Assembly: GCA_011049175.1 (NCBI GenBank)
Contig: DSCJ01000118.1
Span: 16,392-80,391 of the forward strand
DNA from: Bacteroidota bacterium
GTDB taxonomy: Bacteria; Bacteroidota; Bacteroidia; Bacteroidales; VadinHA17
DNA length: 64,000 bases
Direction: 5' to 3'
Made by a program: the position numbers and the translations under genes. The notes beneath the pieces are model-generated. The model made no database searches and was not told the origin of the DNA. It saw nothing but the letters and a program-made list of their open reading frames with translations. Shown piece after piece: positions 1 through 9,586 of this stretch (position 1 is its first letter; the number at the start of each line of letters is the position of its first letter).

Positions 1-149
1 CCTCCCTCTTCTCCTGTGACAGCTTCGGTTATCACCATTGCCTCATCGTAAAACGGATGCGTGGCGGAAAAACATTTCCCGGCCATAATCAGCATCAGGG
101 TCAGGAAAATGATAAAGGATCCCATCCGCAGGATTTGCCGTCTGGTCAT
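1..149 (-). CDS. N-terminal fragment of a secreted protein with a twin-arginine-like signal peptide, truncated by the window edge
   Basis: Not in the ORF track (under 60 aa). A reverse-strand ATG at 147-149 opens a stop-free frame to position 1: MTRRQILRMGSFIIFLTLMLIMAGKCFSATHPFYDEAMVITEAVTGEEG. T-R-R-x-I-L-R followed by a hydrophobic stretch resembles a Tat signal. Confidence 0.35.
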   Translation of the reverse strand, partial: MTRRQILRMGSFIIFLTLMLIMAGKCFSATHPFYDEAMVITEAVTGEEG

Positions 150-349
150 CGTGGATGTGCTGCTTTGCAACCCGGTTTAGTTAACAATATAATGATACAG
201 TGGTAAAACTAAGAAAAATACTTTTTTCATATATCTGCATCCAACATAATCCGGAACAAAATGATTACATACCCTGCAAGAACAAACCTTCATCCTGCAT
301 CATTTTCCTCACATCAGTATCCCATTTAAAAAAAATTTCCCTGGCTGCA

Positions 350-1123
350 TCAGTTCGTCTTCAGCCGGATACTGACAGGGCAATGATCGGAATGAACCGC
401 CTCCGGGTGAATGGCAGATTCTTTCACGGCCTCCCGCAGCGGTTCGGTGATCATATGGTAATCTATCCTCCAGCCCAGGTTCTTTGCCCTTGAATTGGCC
501 CGGAAACTCCACCAGGTATATTGTTCCGGCTCATCATGAAACATCCTGAAACTGTCGATAAATCCGCTCTCAACCAGCCTGTCCATCCATTCCCGCTCTT
601 CGGGTAAAAACCCCGATGATTTCAGGTGTCTCTCCGGATGGTTGATATCAATGGGTTTATGGCATATATTAAAATCCCCTGAGACGATCAACCGGGAACG
701 TTCCTGCTTCAGTTCATTCAGAAAATGCAGCAACGATTCCAGAAATCTCATTTTGATCTGCTGACGGATATCACCGGTGGTTCCCGAAGGGATATAAACG
801 GAAACCAGCGTGAGCGAATCCAGATCCATCCGGAGCACTCTTCCTTCCCGGTCGAATTCCGGTTTTCCCATTCCGGCAACCACCCGGCTAGCCGGTATTC
901 TTGAAAAAACGGCCACTCCGCTGTACCCCTTTTTCTCGGCCGGATGCCAGTACAGATGATACCCCATCTCCTCCATTGGCTTCGTATCTATCTGGTCGGG
1001 CGTCGCCTTAAGTTCCTGTACGCAAAGGATATCGGGCTGCATTTCCCTCAGCCATTCGATAAAACCCTTCCTTATGGCTGACCGTATCCCGTTCAGGTTA
1101 TAGGAATATATCTCCATATCCAT
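350..1123 (-). CDS. xth: exodeoxyribonuclease III / AP endonuclease
   Basis: Track ORF 350..1420 trimmed to the internal ATG at 1123 ([14 protein letters not shown]...). Family motifs seen: [24 protein letters not shown] near the C-terminus. The upstream 99 codons look non-coding and run into the rsgA start. Confidence 0.9.
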   Translation of the reverse strand: MDMEIYSYNLNGIRSAIRKGFIEWLREMQPDILCVQELKATPDQIDTKPMEEMGYHLYWHPAEKKGYSGVAVFSRIPASRVVAGMGKPEFDREGRVLRMDLDSLTLVSVYIPSGTTGDIRQQIKMRFLESLLHFLNELKQERSRLIVSGDFNICHKPIDINHPERHLKSSGFLPEEREWMDRLVESGFIDSFRMFHDEPEQYTWWSFRANSRAKNLGWRIDYHMITEPLREAVKESAIHPEAVHSDHCPVSIRLKTN

Positions 1124-1206
1124 GATTTGAAAACATTTTGTGCGGAAGATAGTGATTTCACCCGATCCGTCATCGGCCGGTTCGCGAATTAATTGGGAAT
1201 ATGTCG

Positions 1207-1214
1207 TAATTTTG
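1207..1214 (+). promoter_or_regulatory. candidate Bacteroidota -7 promoter box TAATTTTG (consensus TAnnTTTG) for rsgA
   Basis: Exact match to TAnnTTTG, 16 nt upstream of the rsgA ATG at 1230. Confidence 0.35.
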
Positions 1215-1229
1215 CAGAAAAGTAATGGC

Positions 1230-2159
1230 ATGAAAGGCCTGGTTATTAAATCGACCGGCAGCTGGTACCGGGTGAAACTGGAAGATGACCGGATTATTCC
1301 CTGCAGGATCAGGGGGAAATTTCGCACCTCGGGTATGGAGATTACCAATCCTGTGGCGGTGGGAGACCATGTGGAGGTGGTTCCCGTTGAAAATGAACCA
1401 TCCGGACTGATCACCCGCATTTATGAGAGAAAAAATTACATCATCAGAAAATCACCCAACCTGTCGCACAAGGCTCAGATTCTGGCTGCCAACATTGACC
1501 AGGCAATCCTGATCATTACCCTGAAGCAGCCGGTAACCACCACCGTATTCGTCGACCGTTTCCTGGCATCTGCCGAAGCCTACAGAATTCCGGTCCATTT
1601 GATTTTCAACAAGACCGATCTGTACAAAAAGGATGAGAAGAAAGAGCTGGAAAACTGGCTTTCTCTCTACCGCTCACTGGATTACCACTGCTTTACCTCG
1701 AGTGCTCCCCGGAAAGAAGGCCTGGATGAGCTTGAAGAATTACTGCAAAACCGGTTTACACTGATTGCCGGTCATTCGGGGGTGGGAAAATCCACTCTTC
1801 TGAACATCATTGACCCCGATTTGAAACTGAAGACCGGGGAAATTTCAAATTACCACCAGAGTGGAAAACACACCACCACATTCCCTGAAATGTTTGCCAT
1901 GAAAAACGGAGGTTATGTTATCGATACGCCAGGCATTAAAGGGTTTGGCATGGTAGATATGGACAAGGAAGAAATTTTTCATTTTTTCAGGGAGATTTTC
2001 CGCTTTTCCGACAGGTGCCGGTATCACAACTGCCTGCACATGGATGAACCGGGCTGTGCTGTAAAGGAAGCGGTAACAAAAAGCAAAATAGCCTATTCCC
2101 GGTACGTATCGTATATCAACATGATGGAAGAAAACGAAGGGGAAAAGTACAGGTCCTGA
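1230..2159 (+). CDS. rsgA: ribosome small-subunit-dependent GTPase A
   Basis: Trimmed to ATG 1230 ([15 protein letters not shown]...). OB-fold-like N-terminus, permuted GTPase motifs NKTD then [12 protein letters not shown], and a C-terminal zinc knuckle [14 protein letters not shown]. Confidence 0.9.
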   Translation: MKGLVIKSTGSWYRVKLEDDRIIPCRIRGKFRTSGMEITNPVAVGDHVEVVPVENEPSGLITRIYERKNYIIRKSPNLSHKAQILAANIDQAILIITLKQPVTTTVFVDRFLASAEAYRIPVHLIFNKTDLYKKDEKKELENWLSLYRSLDYHCFTSSAPRKEGLDELEELLQNRFTLIAGHSGVGKSTLLNIIDPDLKLKTGEISNYHQSGKHTTTFPEMFAMKNGGYVIDTPGIKGFGMVDMDKEEIFHFFREIFRFSDRCRYHNCLHMDEPGCAVKEAVTKSKIAYSRYVSYINMMEENEGEKYRS

Positions 2160-2345
2160 ATGAAAGATTTTTCCTGCTTCTTAGAAGATTGTATCACCAT
2201 GAATGTTATATTTAATGTTTGTAAAAATGTAAGAATAATTTTATGCATTCATAATATTTATTTTCAAAACTTTTAACATTGTTATATAATCCATATTTTT
2301 AGATAAGATAATTAATACCGCTCATTCTCAATACCACAGGCTGGT

Positions 2346-5240
2346 ATGCGCAAAATATACATATCCATTTCCCTGGTAATTATCACCATTCTGGTGGTAA
2401 ATCTCTACTATTACTTTGATATATACCGGCAACAAATTGATTTTCAGAAGAATTTCCTGATTAATCAGACACAGATATGCAGCTATGAAATTGAAAAACG
2501 GGCAGATGATTTTGAAAATGAACTGAATTATGTATTATTTTCAGAGGATTTCTCCCGTTTTTTTTCTGATCCTGCCATTCGTGAATCGGGTATTCAGAAA
2601 TTGGAGCTTTTGTATGCCAACTACTCAACGCTGGTTAATAACATTCTTGTTTACGACAACCGGCGGAACGTTGCCAGCCTGTACAAAGATGTGGAGACCG
2701 GGGTATCCCCCACCGGGCGACCCTTTGCACCCAATTCCCAGCGCGAACTGAAAATTGATTTTTTCACCACCAACACCCAGAAAGAACTACGAAACCGGGA
2801 CGAAATCGTTCCCGAAAAAAGTTTTTTTCTCTATTACCTGCCCATCATAAAAGATAACCAGGTTGTGGGAAACATTGAAGTTACCCTGAACATAGAAATG
2901 TTCATCTATGATATATTCAGCAAATACCATGTGGAGGATATACAGTGGCAATGGCTGATTGACAGTGAAGGGAATATTATTCTGAACAATCTCACCGACG
3001 AAACCTTCGTGGTTCCGGAATTATATAAAATTACCGGCGACCTTTCCGATGGTTTTATGGGTGACCTGCAGCACGAAGTAATTGGAGAATTCCGGGGAAA
3101 AGCCTTTCAGGATGAAGTGATTTCGGTGTATCTCCCCACGCGCATCATGAAACAGGAATACGGTGTGGTATTCTCCCTCCAGACCGATTATATCAAAGAG
3201 GCCATCGTGCTGAACGCTCTGTTGATTGCCGGAATTACCTTGTTCCTGGTGGGTCTGATCATTTTCATCTTTCTTTCCGTAATCAAGCAGAAAAGCAGAG
3301 AAGAAAAGAAACTCAGGGAATCGGAATATGCGCTTAAGAATATGGTGGAATCGCTTCCCATCGGAATTTTGATCCTGGGACCCGATAAACGGGTCAGAAA
3401 CATAAACAGAACAGCAAGCCATCTTTTCAAAACCACCCCGGAACAGATGACCGGGGCAATTTACCCCGACATACTCCTGGCTTCTGAGGAAAATCATGAA
3501 AAAGATGATTACTCTCCCTTCAATCAGGAACACGTACTGCATTACAAAAAGGACGAGGAAGAAATAGTGCTTTACCGGAAAGAGATTCCCCTGCACCTGA
3601 ATGGAGAAGATATATTCCTGGAAGCCCTGATGGATATTACCCCCATTGAGCGGGCCAGAAAACAGGAAGCGGCGGCCAACCAGGCCAAATCAGATTTTCT
3701 GGCCAAGATGAGCCACGAAATACGCACTCCCCTGCATGGCATCATGGGAATGACCGAAGCCCTGGAACGGAACAAATTATCCGGAGAACAGGCTGAAACA
3801 GTACGTTCAATCAAGAAATCGGCCGAATTGCTTTTGTCGGTCATTGCCGACATTCTCGATTTCTCAAAAATTGAAGCCGGCAAAATGATGCTGGAAGAAA
3901 TCCCCTTCTTCCTGAGAAAAGAAATGGATATTGTATACCAACTCTTTCATCACGAAGCCGAAGAAAAGAACATCGATCTGAAAATCGATATTGATCCCGC
4001 AGTTCCCGATGAGCTGATAGGCGATCCTTTCAGAATACGACAGGTGTTGTCAAACCTGCTCGACAATGCCGTCAAATTTACTCCTTCGGGATCCATTCAG
4101 GTAAATATCACAAAAACAGAGGACAGGGACGGGGTCATTATTTTGCGCTTCGTTGTGGAAGACACAGGGATCGGAATCCCTCAGGAAAAACTGGAAGAGG
4201 TATTCGGATCGTTCAGGCAGGGCGACAATTCGGCCTCCAGAAAATACGGAGGTATGGGGCTGGGAACCACCATCTCCAAACAGCTGGTGGAAATGATGAA
4301 CGGTCAGATACGTGTGGAAAGTCCCGCTTCGCAATCAAACCTTTCCAACCTTCCCGGCACAAGATTCGTCTTTACCGTAACGGTATTTTCCAATGAAAAA
4401 CTGAAAAAGAACATCGAATATAAAAATGTTAAAAAATATCACCAGATCAAGACCCTGATTATTCTGGAGAAAAACACGAATGACGATTATCTTTTGAAAA
4501 CCCTGCACAATTTCGGGGTTTCGATCTATCTGAATTTTTACCAGGATAACACCATTGATCTGATCAAGAACAATGCGGTTCAGAAACTTGAAAAATACAA
4601 GGCCATTATTATTAAACATACCCGGACCTTTGACGGTTTCCAGGTTCTGAAACGGTTTAAGGAAGAAGAATTAACCAATGAATTTTTAATCATACTGATC
4701 AGTTCACATGACGAACGGAACAATCGGATCAGGGCCCGAAGACTTGGTGTGGATTATTATATCATTGAACCTTTTGAATCATCCGAATTATTCGACATCA
4801 TTCAGGATAACTTCCCCAACATTGAACCTGAAGAGGGAGAAACTCCGCCCCTTATGAAAATTAAAAAGGACATATCCATTCTGGTGGCCGACGACAATTT
4901 CATTAACCAGAAAGTAGCCCAGGCCATTTTCAAGAACCTGGGCTATGAAATCGATATGGCTGCTGACGGCAAGGAGGTGATTGAAAAAACGGCCGCCAGA
5001 TCCTATGACATTATCTTCATGGATGTGATGATGCCCGAAATGGATGGTTTTGAAGCTGCCGATGAATTGAGAAAACAGGGAAAGGAGATGCCTATTATTG
5101 CTGTTACCGCGGATACCAATCAGGAAAGCAGGGTGAAATCGAATCACACCAGCATGAATGATTTCATTGCAAAACCCATCAAGGTAGATGAAATTAAAAG
5201 GGTACTGATTCGTTATTTTACCGAAGAATCGAAAGACTGA
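2346..5240 (+). CDS. hybrid sensor histidine kinase / response regulator
   Basis: TM, ~270-aa extracytoplasmic domain, TM, PAS-like segment. H-box SHEIRTPLHGI, N-box LLDNAVKFT, G-boxes DTGIGIP and GGMGLGTTISK. A degenerate receiver-like insert is followed by a canonical receiver (ILVADDN...IIFMDVMMPEMDG...AKPI). Confidence 0.9.
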   Translation: MRKIYISISLVIITILVVNLYYYFDIYRQQIDFQKNFLINQTQICSYEIEKRADDFENELNYVLFSEDFSRFFSDPAIRESGIQKLELLYANYSTLVNNILVYDNRRNVASLYKDVETGVSPTGRPFAPNSQRELKIDFFTTNTQKELRNRDEIVPEKSFFLYYLPIIKDNQVVGNIEVTLNIEMFIYDIFSKYHVEDIQWQWLIDSEGNIILNNLTDETFVVPELYKITGDLSDGFMGDLQHEVIGEFRGKAFQDEVISVYLPTRIMKQEYGVVFSLQTDYIKEAIVLNALLIAGITLFLVGLIIFIFLSVIKQKSREEKKLRESEYALKNMVESLPIGILILGPDKRVRNINRTASHLFKTTPEQMTGAIYPDILLASEENHEKDDYSPFNQEHVLHYKKDEEEIVLYRKEIPLHLNGEDIFLEALMDITPIERARKQEAAANQAKSDFLAKMSHEIRTPLHGIMGMTEALERNKLSGEQAETVRSIKKSAELLLSVIADILDFSKIEAGKMMLEEIPFFLRKEMDIVYQLFHHEAEEKNIDLKIDIDPAVPDELIGDPFRIRQVLSNLLDNAVKFTPSGSIQVNITKTEDRDGVIILRFVVEDTGIGIPQEKLEEVFGSFRQGDNSASRKYGGMGLGTTISKQLVEMMNGQIRVESPASQSNLSNLPGTRFVFTVTVFSNEKLKKNIEYKNVKKYHQIKTLIILEKNTNDDYLLKTLHNFGVSIYLNFYQDNTIDLIKNNAVQKLEKYKAIIIKHTRTFDGFQVLKRFKEEELTNEFLIILISSHDERNNRIRARRLGVDYYIIEPFESSELFDIIQDNFPNIEPEEGETPPLMKIKKDISILVADDNFINQKVAQAIFKNLGYEIDMAADGKEVIEKTAARSYDIIFMDVMMPEMDGFEAADELRKQGKEMPIIAVTADTNQESRVKSNHTSMNDFIAKPIKVDEIKRVLIRYFTEESKD

Positions 5241-5297
5241 CAGAAGGCTTTTGTTTGGCCGCATCAGCACAGGGCATCTTTTCGAGGAGTGGAACCG

Positions 5298-6344
5298 ATG
5301 AAACCGATCCTGAACATCCACGATTTTCTTGCATTATCAGAACATCTGCCGGTTGTCGATGTACGCTCACCATCAGAATTTGCCCGCGGACATTTCCCTG
5401 GAGCATATAATATTCCCCTTTTTAGTGATGAAGAACGGGCCCTGGTGGGTACCGCCTACAAACAGGACTCAAGAAAAGCCGCCCTGATGAAGGGTTTCGA
5501 AATTGCCGGGCCCCATTTGGCCGAATATGTAAAGAAAGCCTGGGAAGTGGCAGGTAGCCGGGGATTACTGATGTATTGCTGGAGAGGAGGCATGCGTAGC
5601 GCTTCAATGGCCTGGCTGTTCCGTACGGCAGGAATACCGGTGGCAACACTGGAAGGCGGTTACCGGTCGTATCGCCGTTACCTTAAATCATCTTTGCAAA
5701 CACCCGTTCCCCTGGTTGTTATCGGTGGAATGACCGGTTCTGGAAAAACCAGGGTGTTGAATGAACTCGAAAAAAAAGGTATCCAGGTCATTGACCTGGA
5801 GGGTCTGGCTTGCCACAGGGGATCTGCATTCGGAGCCCTGGGTCAACCTGCGCAACCTGCCACCGAGCAGTTCGAAAATAATCTGTTTCAGATATTCAGA
5901 ATATTAAATCCTGCCCGTGTGATAATGGTGGAAGACGAAAGCAAATCCATCGGCTCGGTGCAGATTCCCGATGAATGGTTCCTTCAGATGAAAAAAGCCC
6001 CGGTTATTGTGCTGGATGTTCCTCGTTCTGTCAGAATAGAACATCTGGTAGAGGAATATGCCGGATTCAATCCGGTACTTTTAAAAGACAGCCTGACCCG
6101 AATACGTAAAAAACTGGGGGGTGAACGATGGCAACAGGCTATGAAAGCCCTTGAGCAAAACGATTTCCATACGGTAGCTGATATTGCCCTGCAATATTAC
6201 GATAAGGCTTACCGGTACGGCCTGAGCAGACGCGATCCGAAAACCCTGTTTACCGTACATTCCGACAATGCTGATCCCCGGAAAACCGCCCTTCATATCA
6301 TCGATCTGCTTGAACAGGAAGAGAAACTGCATCTGCCTGTGTGA
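5298..6344 (+). CDS. selU: tRNA 2-selenouridine synthase
   Basis: Rhodanese domain with active-site loop YCWRGGMRS followed by P-loop GGMTGSGKT, the SelU/MnmH (YbbB) architecture. ATG 5298 preferred over GTG 5289. Confidence 0.85.
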   Translation: MKPILNIHDFLALSEHLPVVDVRSPSEFARGHFPGAYNIPLFSDEERALVGTAYKQDSRKAALMKGFEIAGPHLAEYVKKAWEVAGSRGLLMYCWRGGMRSASMAWLFRTAGIPVATLEGGYRSYRRYLKSSLQTPVPLVVIGGMTGSGKTRVLNELEKKGIQVIDLEGLACHRGSAFGALGQPAQPATEQFENNLFQIFRILNPARVIMVEDESKSIGSVQIPDEWFLQMKKAPVIVLDVPRSVRIEHLVEEYAGFNPVLLKDSLTRIRKKLGGERWQQAMKALEQNDFHTVADIALQYYDKAYRYGLSRRDPKTLFTVHSDNADPRKTALHIIDLLEQEEKLHLPV

Positions 6345-6409
6345 GAAACCGAAAGATTGACATTTCCCCTTTTTTTTTGTAATTTTTCATTACGAAACAG
6401 AACTCGGTG

Positions 6410-7126
6410 ATGAAAAGCCCTGCCTCCCGGATAGAAAGCATCGGTTATATTCTCAAGGTCGAGGACCTATCTCCGGTGCAGTATTATGTAATGGAAAACA
6501 CGCTGGTAATGGAAAGCCTGGAGCCTTTCCCCGGCTACCACGGGAAACATGTTCCCACCTCACTCAAGCCAAGAAATATCTACCTGATGGTAAAAAACGG
6601 ATATGATTTTGAAGAAATTGCCAGATTATCCAGGGAGATACATAAAAGCTTTCCCTATCGTTTCAGCGGCACTCCGGCTGAAATTGAAATAAGGAACAAA
6701 CGTTACCATGCCATCCGCATCAAATTCCTGGAAAGCTTTGAAATGGTCACCGAATTGCAGAACCTATACAAAGATGCAGGGATCCGTTTCAGAAAATTCA
6801 AAAGGCTGGAAGGTTCAGCCAGAATTAAAGTTCACCGTTTTTTTCTGGTTGAAGAAACAACACCCGGCATTTTCAGGGATCTCCAGGAAGCGGAACAATT
6901 CTACCTCGAAATTCCTGTCCTTCTCCGCTGGAAATCATTTGAGGCCATCACCCGCGACGTAAAGAACAATGTGGATAACAACAATTTTGATGCGGCACTG
7001 GGCATGATGTACAGGTACGAATGCCCGGTTGAGCTTATCCGTATCTGGGCCCGGGATCAGTCGCCAGAACGAGCCATTCAACTGAGAGAAAAATACCTGG
7101 AATTCATCCACCGTGCGGAAATCTAA
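6410..7126 (+). CDS. hypothetical cytoplasmic protein, no recognisable domain
   Basis: 238-aa ORF with coding-like composition and no competing real ORF. No signal peptide, TM segment or motif that I recognise. Confidence 0.6.
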   Translation: MKSPASRIESIGYILKVEDLSPVQYYVMENTLVMESLEPFPGYHGKHVPTSLKPRNIYLMVKNGYDFEEIARLSREIHKSFPYRFSGTPAEIEIRNKRYHAIRIKFLESFEMVTELQNLYKDAGIRFRKFKRLEGSARIKVHRFFLVEETTPGIFRDLQEAEQFYLEIPVLLRWKSFEAITRDVKNNVDNNNFDAALGMMYRYECPVELIRIWARDQSPERAIQLREKYLEFIHRAEI

Positions 7127-7145
7127 TGACCTTCCGTTTTCTCTG

Positions 7146-8402
7146 TCACTGCTGCATGGCAAATCGTGCTTCCACCCACCGGTATACCTGGTCGGAACGG
7201 CGCAGGGGTTCATCTACCCGGAAAGTACAGATCATTCCCTTCGAAGCTTCCTCCACCGGCATATCATCCACACGTAGCCCTTCCACGGTGGTTTCGACCA
7301 CACCCGTTGTTGGCCCGATAAAAAGAACCTTTTCGTTATTCCTCAGAATACCGCTTTCCAGTCTGACCTCCACCACCTGCAGTTTCGTATAATAATTGCC
7401 AACTTTCCCCACCCGGATCTTCCGCATGGTAGCCCGGGAACCGTAACGCCCCGACCATTCCCCTAACTTCTGTCCCAGGTAATACCCATCCCAGAACCCC
7501 CGGTTAAATACCATGGCCAGGCGTTCTTTCCAGAGCCGTATGTTGTTTTCCGAGTAATCTCCCCGGCAATAAGCATCCAGGGCTTCATCATAGCAGGCCG
7601 TTACGATTTTAACATATTCAGGGCCCCGGGCCCGTCCCTCGATTTTCAGCACGCGAACCCCTGCATCCAGAATCCTGTCCAGAAAATGTATGGTCATCAG
7701 GTCTTTGGGTGACAAAATGTATTCATGATCAACATCCAGTTCATAACCTGTCTCCCTGTTGATCACAGTATAGGGTTTCCGGCATGTTTGAAGGCACTCT
7801 CCCCGGTTGGCTGATGAATTCATCTCATGCAGGCTGAGATAACATTTCCCTGAAACGGCCATACACAAAGCCCCGTGAACAAATATTTCCAGCCTGACCG
7901 GTTTCCCGGAAGGGCCCCGGATATTTTGTTCTTCCATCAGCCGGTGCAGATTCTTAACCTGTTCCAGACTCAGTTCACGGGCCAGAACCATCACATCAGC
8001 CAGACGCGAAAAAAACCTGACCGCTTCGATATTGCTGATGTTGACCTGCGTGGATAAGTGAACTTCCAGGCCTGCCGAGCGGGCATAGTCTATCACGGCC
8101 ATATCGGTAGCAATGATGGCATCGATACCGGCATCCCCCGCCCTGTCGATGATCCGGCACACTTTATCAAGCTCATGATCATACACAATCACATTCAACG
8201 TAAGATACGCCCGCACCCCATGTTCATGGCACAAACCAACAACGGCAGGTATTTCATCCAACCGGAATTGCTGAGACGACCTGGCCCGCATATTCAGCTT
8301 TTCCACGCCAAAATATACGGCATCTGCCCCTGCCTGTATGGCGGCTCTCAGCGATTCGTGCGAACCGGCCGGGGCAAGCAGTTCAAAATCCTTTCTGTTC
8401 AT
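7146..8402 (-). CDS. peptidase U32 family protein (PrtC/TrhP/RlhA/UbiU-like)
   Basis: Trimmed to ATG 8402 (MNRKDFELLAPAGS...). U32 core with EIFVHGALCMAVSGKCYLS and the conserved Cys cluster (ANRGECLQTCRKPY). Confidence 0.85.
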   Translation of the reverse strand: MNRKDFELLAPAGSHESLRAAIQAGADAVYFGVEKLNMRARSSQQFRLDEIPAVVGLCHEHGVRAYLTLNVIVYDHELDKVCRIIDRAGDAGIDAIIATDMAVIDYARSAGLEVHLSTQVNISNIEAVRFFSRLADVMVLARELSLEQVKNLHRLMEEQNIRGPSGKPVRLEIFVHGALCMAVSGKCYLSLHEMNSSANRGECLQTCRKPYTVINRETGYELDVDHEYILSPKDLMTIHFLDRILDAGVRVLKIEGRARGPEYVKIVTACYDEALDAYCRGDYSENNIRLWKERLAMVFNRGFWDGYYLGQKLGEWSGRYGSRATMRKIRVGKVGNYYTKLQVVEVRLESGILRNNEKVLFIGPTTGVVETTVEGLRVDDMPVEEASKGMICTFRVDEPLRRSDQVYRWVEARFAMQQ

Positions 8403-8419
8403 GGTGCGCGTCGATTCCC

Positions 8420-9586
8420 TCATCTGTTTTTCTCTTTGTTCAGGACAATACGGAAAGTGGTCCCTTTCCCTGGTTCCGACTGAAGCACGAAAATTTTTCC
8501 ACTGTGATAATTTTCCACAATTCTCCTGGCCAGGGAAAGCCCCAGACCCCATCCTCTCGGTTTAGAGGTATATCCCGGTTTAAAAACCGTTTTATGCAAT
8601 TTTTTTGGAATTCCCTTCCCCTCATCCCGGATATCGACAAACACTTTGCCCGGATTGTCAGACAAAACAATCCGGATGAGGCCACTGCCTCCCAACGCAT
8701 CGATGGCGTTTTTACACAAATTTTCAATAACCCATTCAAAAAGTTCCGTATTGAGGTCTACGAGACAGGTCCCTGAAAGCCGGTTTTCCGTGCTGATGTT
8801 AACCTGAGCCGACGAACGGGTACGGATATAAGCCACAGATTGCTGAACCGCCTGATGGATCGGTACGGGGGTAAGAACGGGTCTGGAACCGATTTTTGAA
8901 AACCTGTCGGCAATTTTTTCCAGCCGTTTAACATCTTTTTCCAGTTCTTTCAGGGTATCCTCGTTGCTCCGGTTCATTTTGATCAGCTCCAGCCAGGCCA
9001 TCAGGGAGGAGATAGGGGTTCCCAGCTGATGGGCCGTTTCCCTCGATAATCCCACCCAAACCTGGTTCTGTTCCGCTTTCCTTGAAGCACTGAAAGCAAA
9101 ATAGGAAACCAGAATAAACAGGATGATCACGCCCAGTTGGATATAGGGAAAATAAAACAATTTCGTCAGCAATATGGAATCTTTGTAATGAAGGTAGAGG
9201 TTTTCGTTCTCGTCCAGTTTAATGACAATGGGATCATGGGTTTCTCTCATGATACGGAGCTGCCGGTCAAGATAGGCGCGGTTTTTCAGCCGTTTCGGGT
9301 CAAGATTCCTGGTAGACAGGGTGTCTCCCGCTTCGTTAGTCAGGATCAGGGGCACGGTATTGTTGGTTTCTATCACCCTGAGCAGCAGATCGAACTCTGT
9401 ATCATCCACATCCATTTCGATCAGCTTCCGGGTAGCCTCAGCCCAGAGTTCCACCTTTTTCCTTTCCTCAGCCGACAATTCCTCCACCAGCTTCTGTGTA
9501 TAAAACAGGGATGACAGGCCGATAACAACCGCTCCCAGGAGAAGAAAGAGTTTCCAACGTGTCTTTTTATGGTAAATATTTACCAT
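8420..9586 (-). CDS. sensor histidine kinase (two TM segments, HisKA + HATPase_c)
   Basis: H-box ETAHQLGTPISSL, N-box ENLCKNAIDA, G-boxes IRDEGKGIP and GWGLGLSLARRIV. TM segments near residues 12-30 and 150-170. Confidence 0.85.
   Translation of the reverse strand: MVNIYHKKTRWKLFLLLGAVVIGLSSLFYTQKLVEELSAEERKKVELWAEATRKLIEMDVDDTEFDLLLRVIETNNTVPLILTNEAGDTLSTRNLDPKRLKNRAYLDRQLRIMRETHDPIVIKLDENENLYLHYKDSILLTKLFYFPYIQLGVIILFILVSYFAFSASRKAEQNQVWVGLSRETAHQLGTPISSLMAWLELIKMNRSNEDTLKELEKDVKRLEKIADRFSKIGSRPVLTPVPIHQAVQQSVAYIRTRSSAQVNISTENRLSGTCLVDLNTELFEWVIENLCKNAIDALGGSGLIRIVLSDNPGKVFVDIRDEGKGIPKKLHKTVFKPGYTSKPRGWGLGLSLARRIVENYHSGKIFVLQSEPGKGTTFRIVLNKEKNR
9569..9586. promoter_or_regulatory. perfect 18-bp palindrome ATGGTAAATATTTACCAT spanning the AsmA-like stop codon and the kinase start codon
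   Basis: Its reverse complement is identical. It contains TAA (9580-9582, minus) and ATG (9584-9586, minus). It is why the track shows MVNIYH on both strands (ORFs 8420..9586 and 9569..9883). Confidence 0.6.

Noticed and set aside
200-493. 97-aa plus-strand ORF overlapping the 3' end of xth
   Set aside because: It overlaps a well-supported gene on the opposite strand and has no motifs. It is probably intergenic sequence plus a shadow frame.
1124-1420. N-terminal extensions offered by the ORF track (xth to 1420, polA to 47392, U32 to 8552, amidase from 35792, FtsX from 23074, and others)
   Set aside because: The extensions overlap neighbouring genes, promoters or terminators and lack homology-like sequence. 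Internal ATGs give canonical N-termini or signal peptides.
2160-5240. Lower-GC stretch (about 30-48% in hand samples) covering the hybrid kinase and its upstream region, considered as a horizontally acquired islet
   Set aside because: It is a single gene with no flanking repeats, tRNA or mobility genes. The composition is variable within the gene. Sensor kinases with large extracytoplasmic domains are often AT-richer.
6970-6978. Perfect DnaA-box 9-mer TGTGGATAA, together with the oriC-associated genes mnmG (gidA) and rnpA in the window
   Set aside because: This is a single box inside a coding region. About 0.5 such matches are expected by chance in 64 kb on two strands. I saw no cluster of boxes, no dnaA gene and no boxes near the AT-rich block, so there is no support for an origin here.
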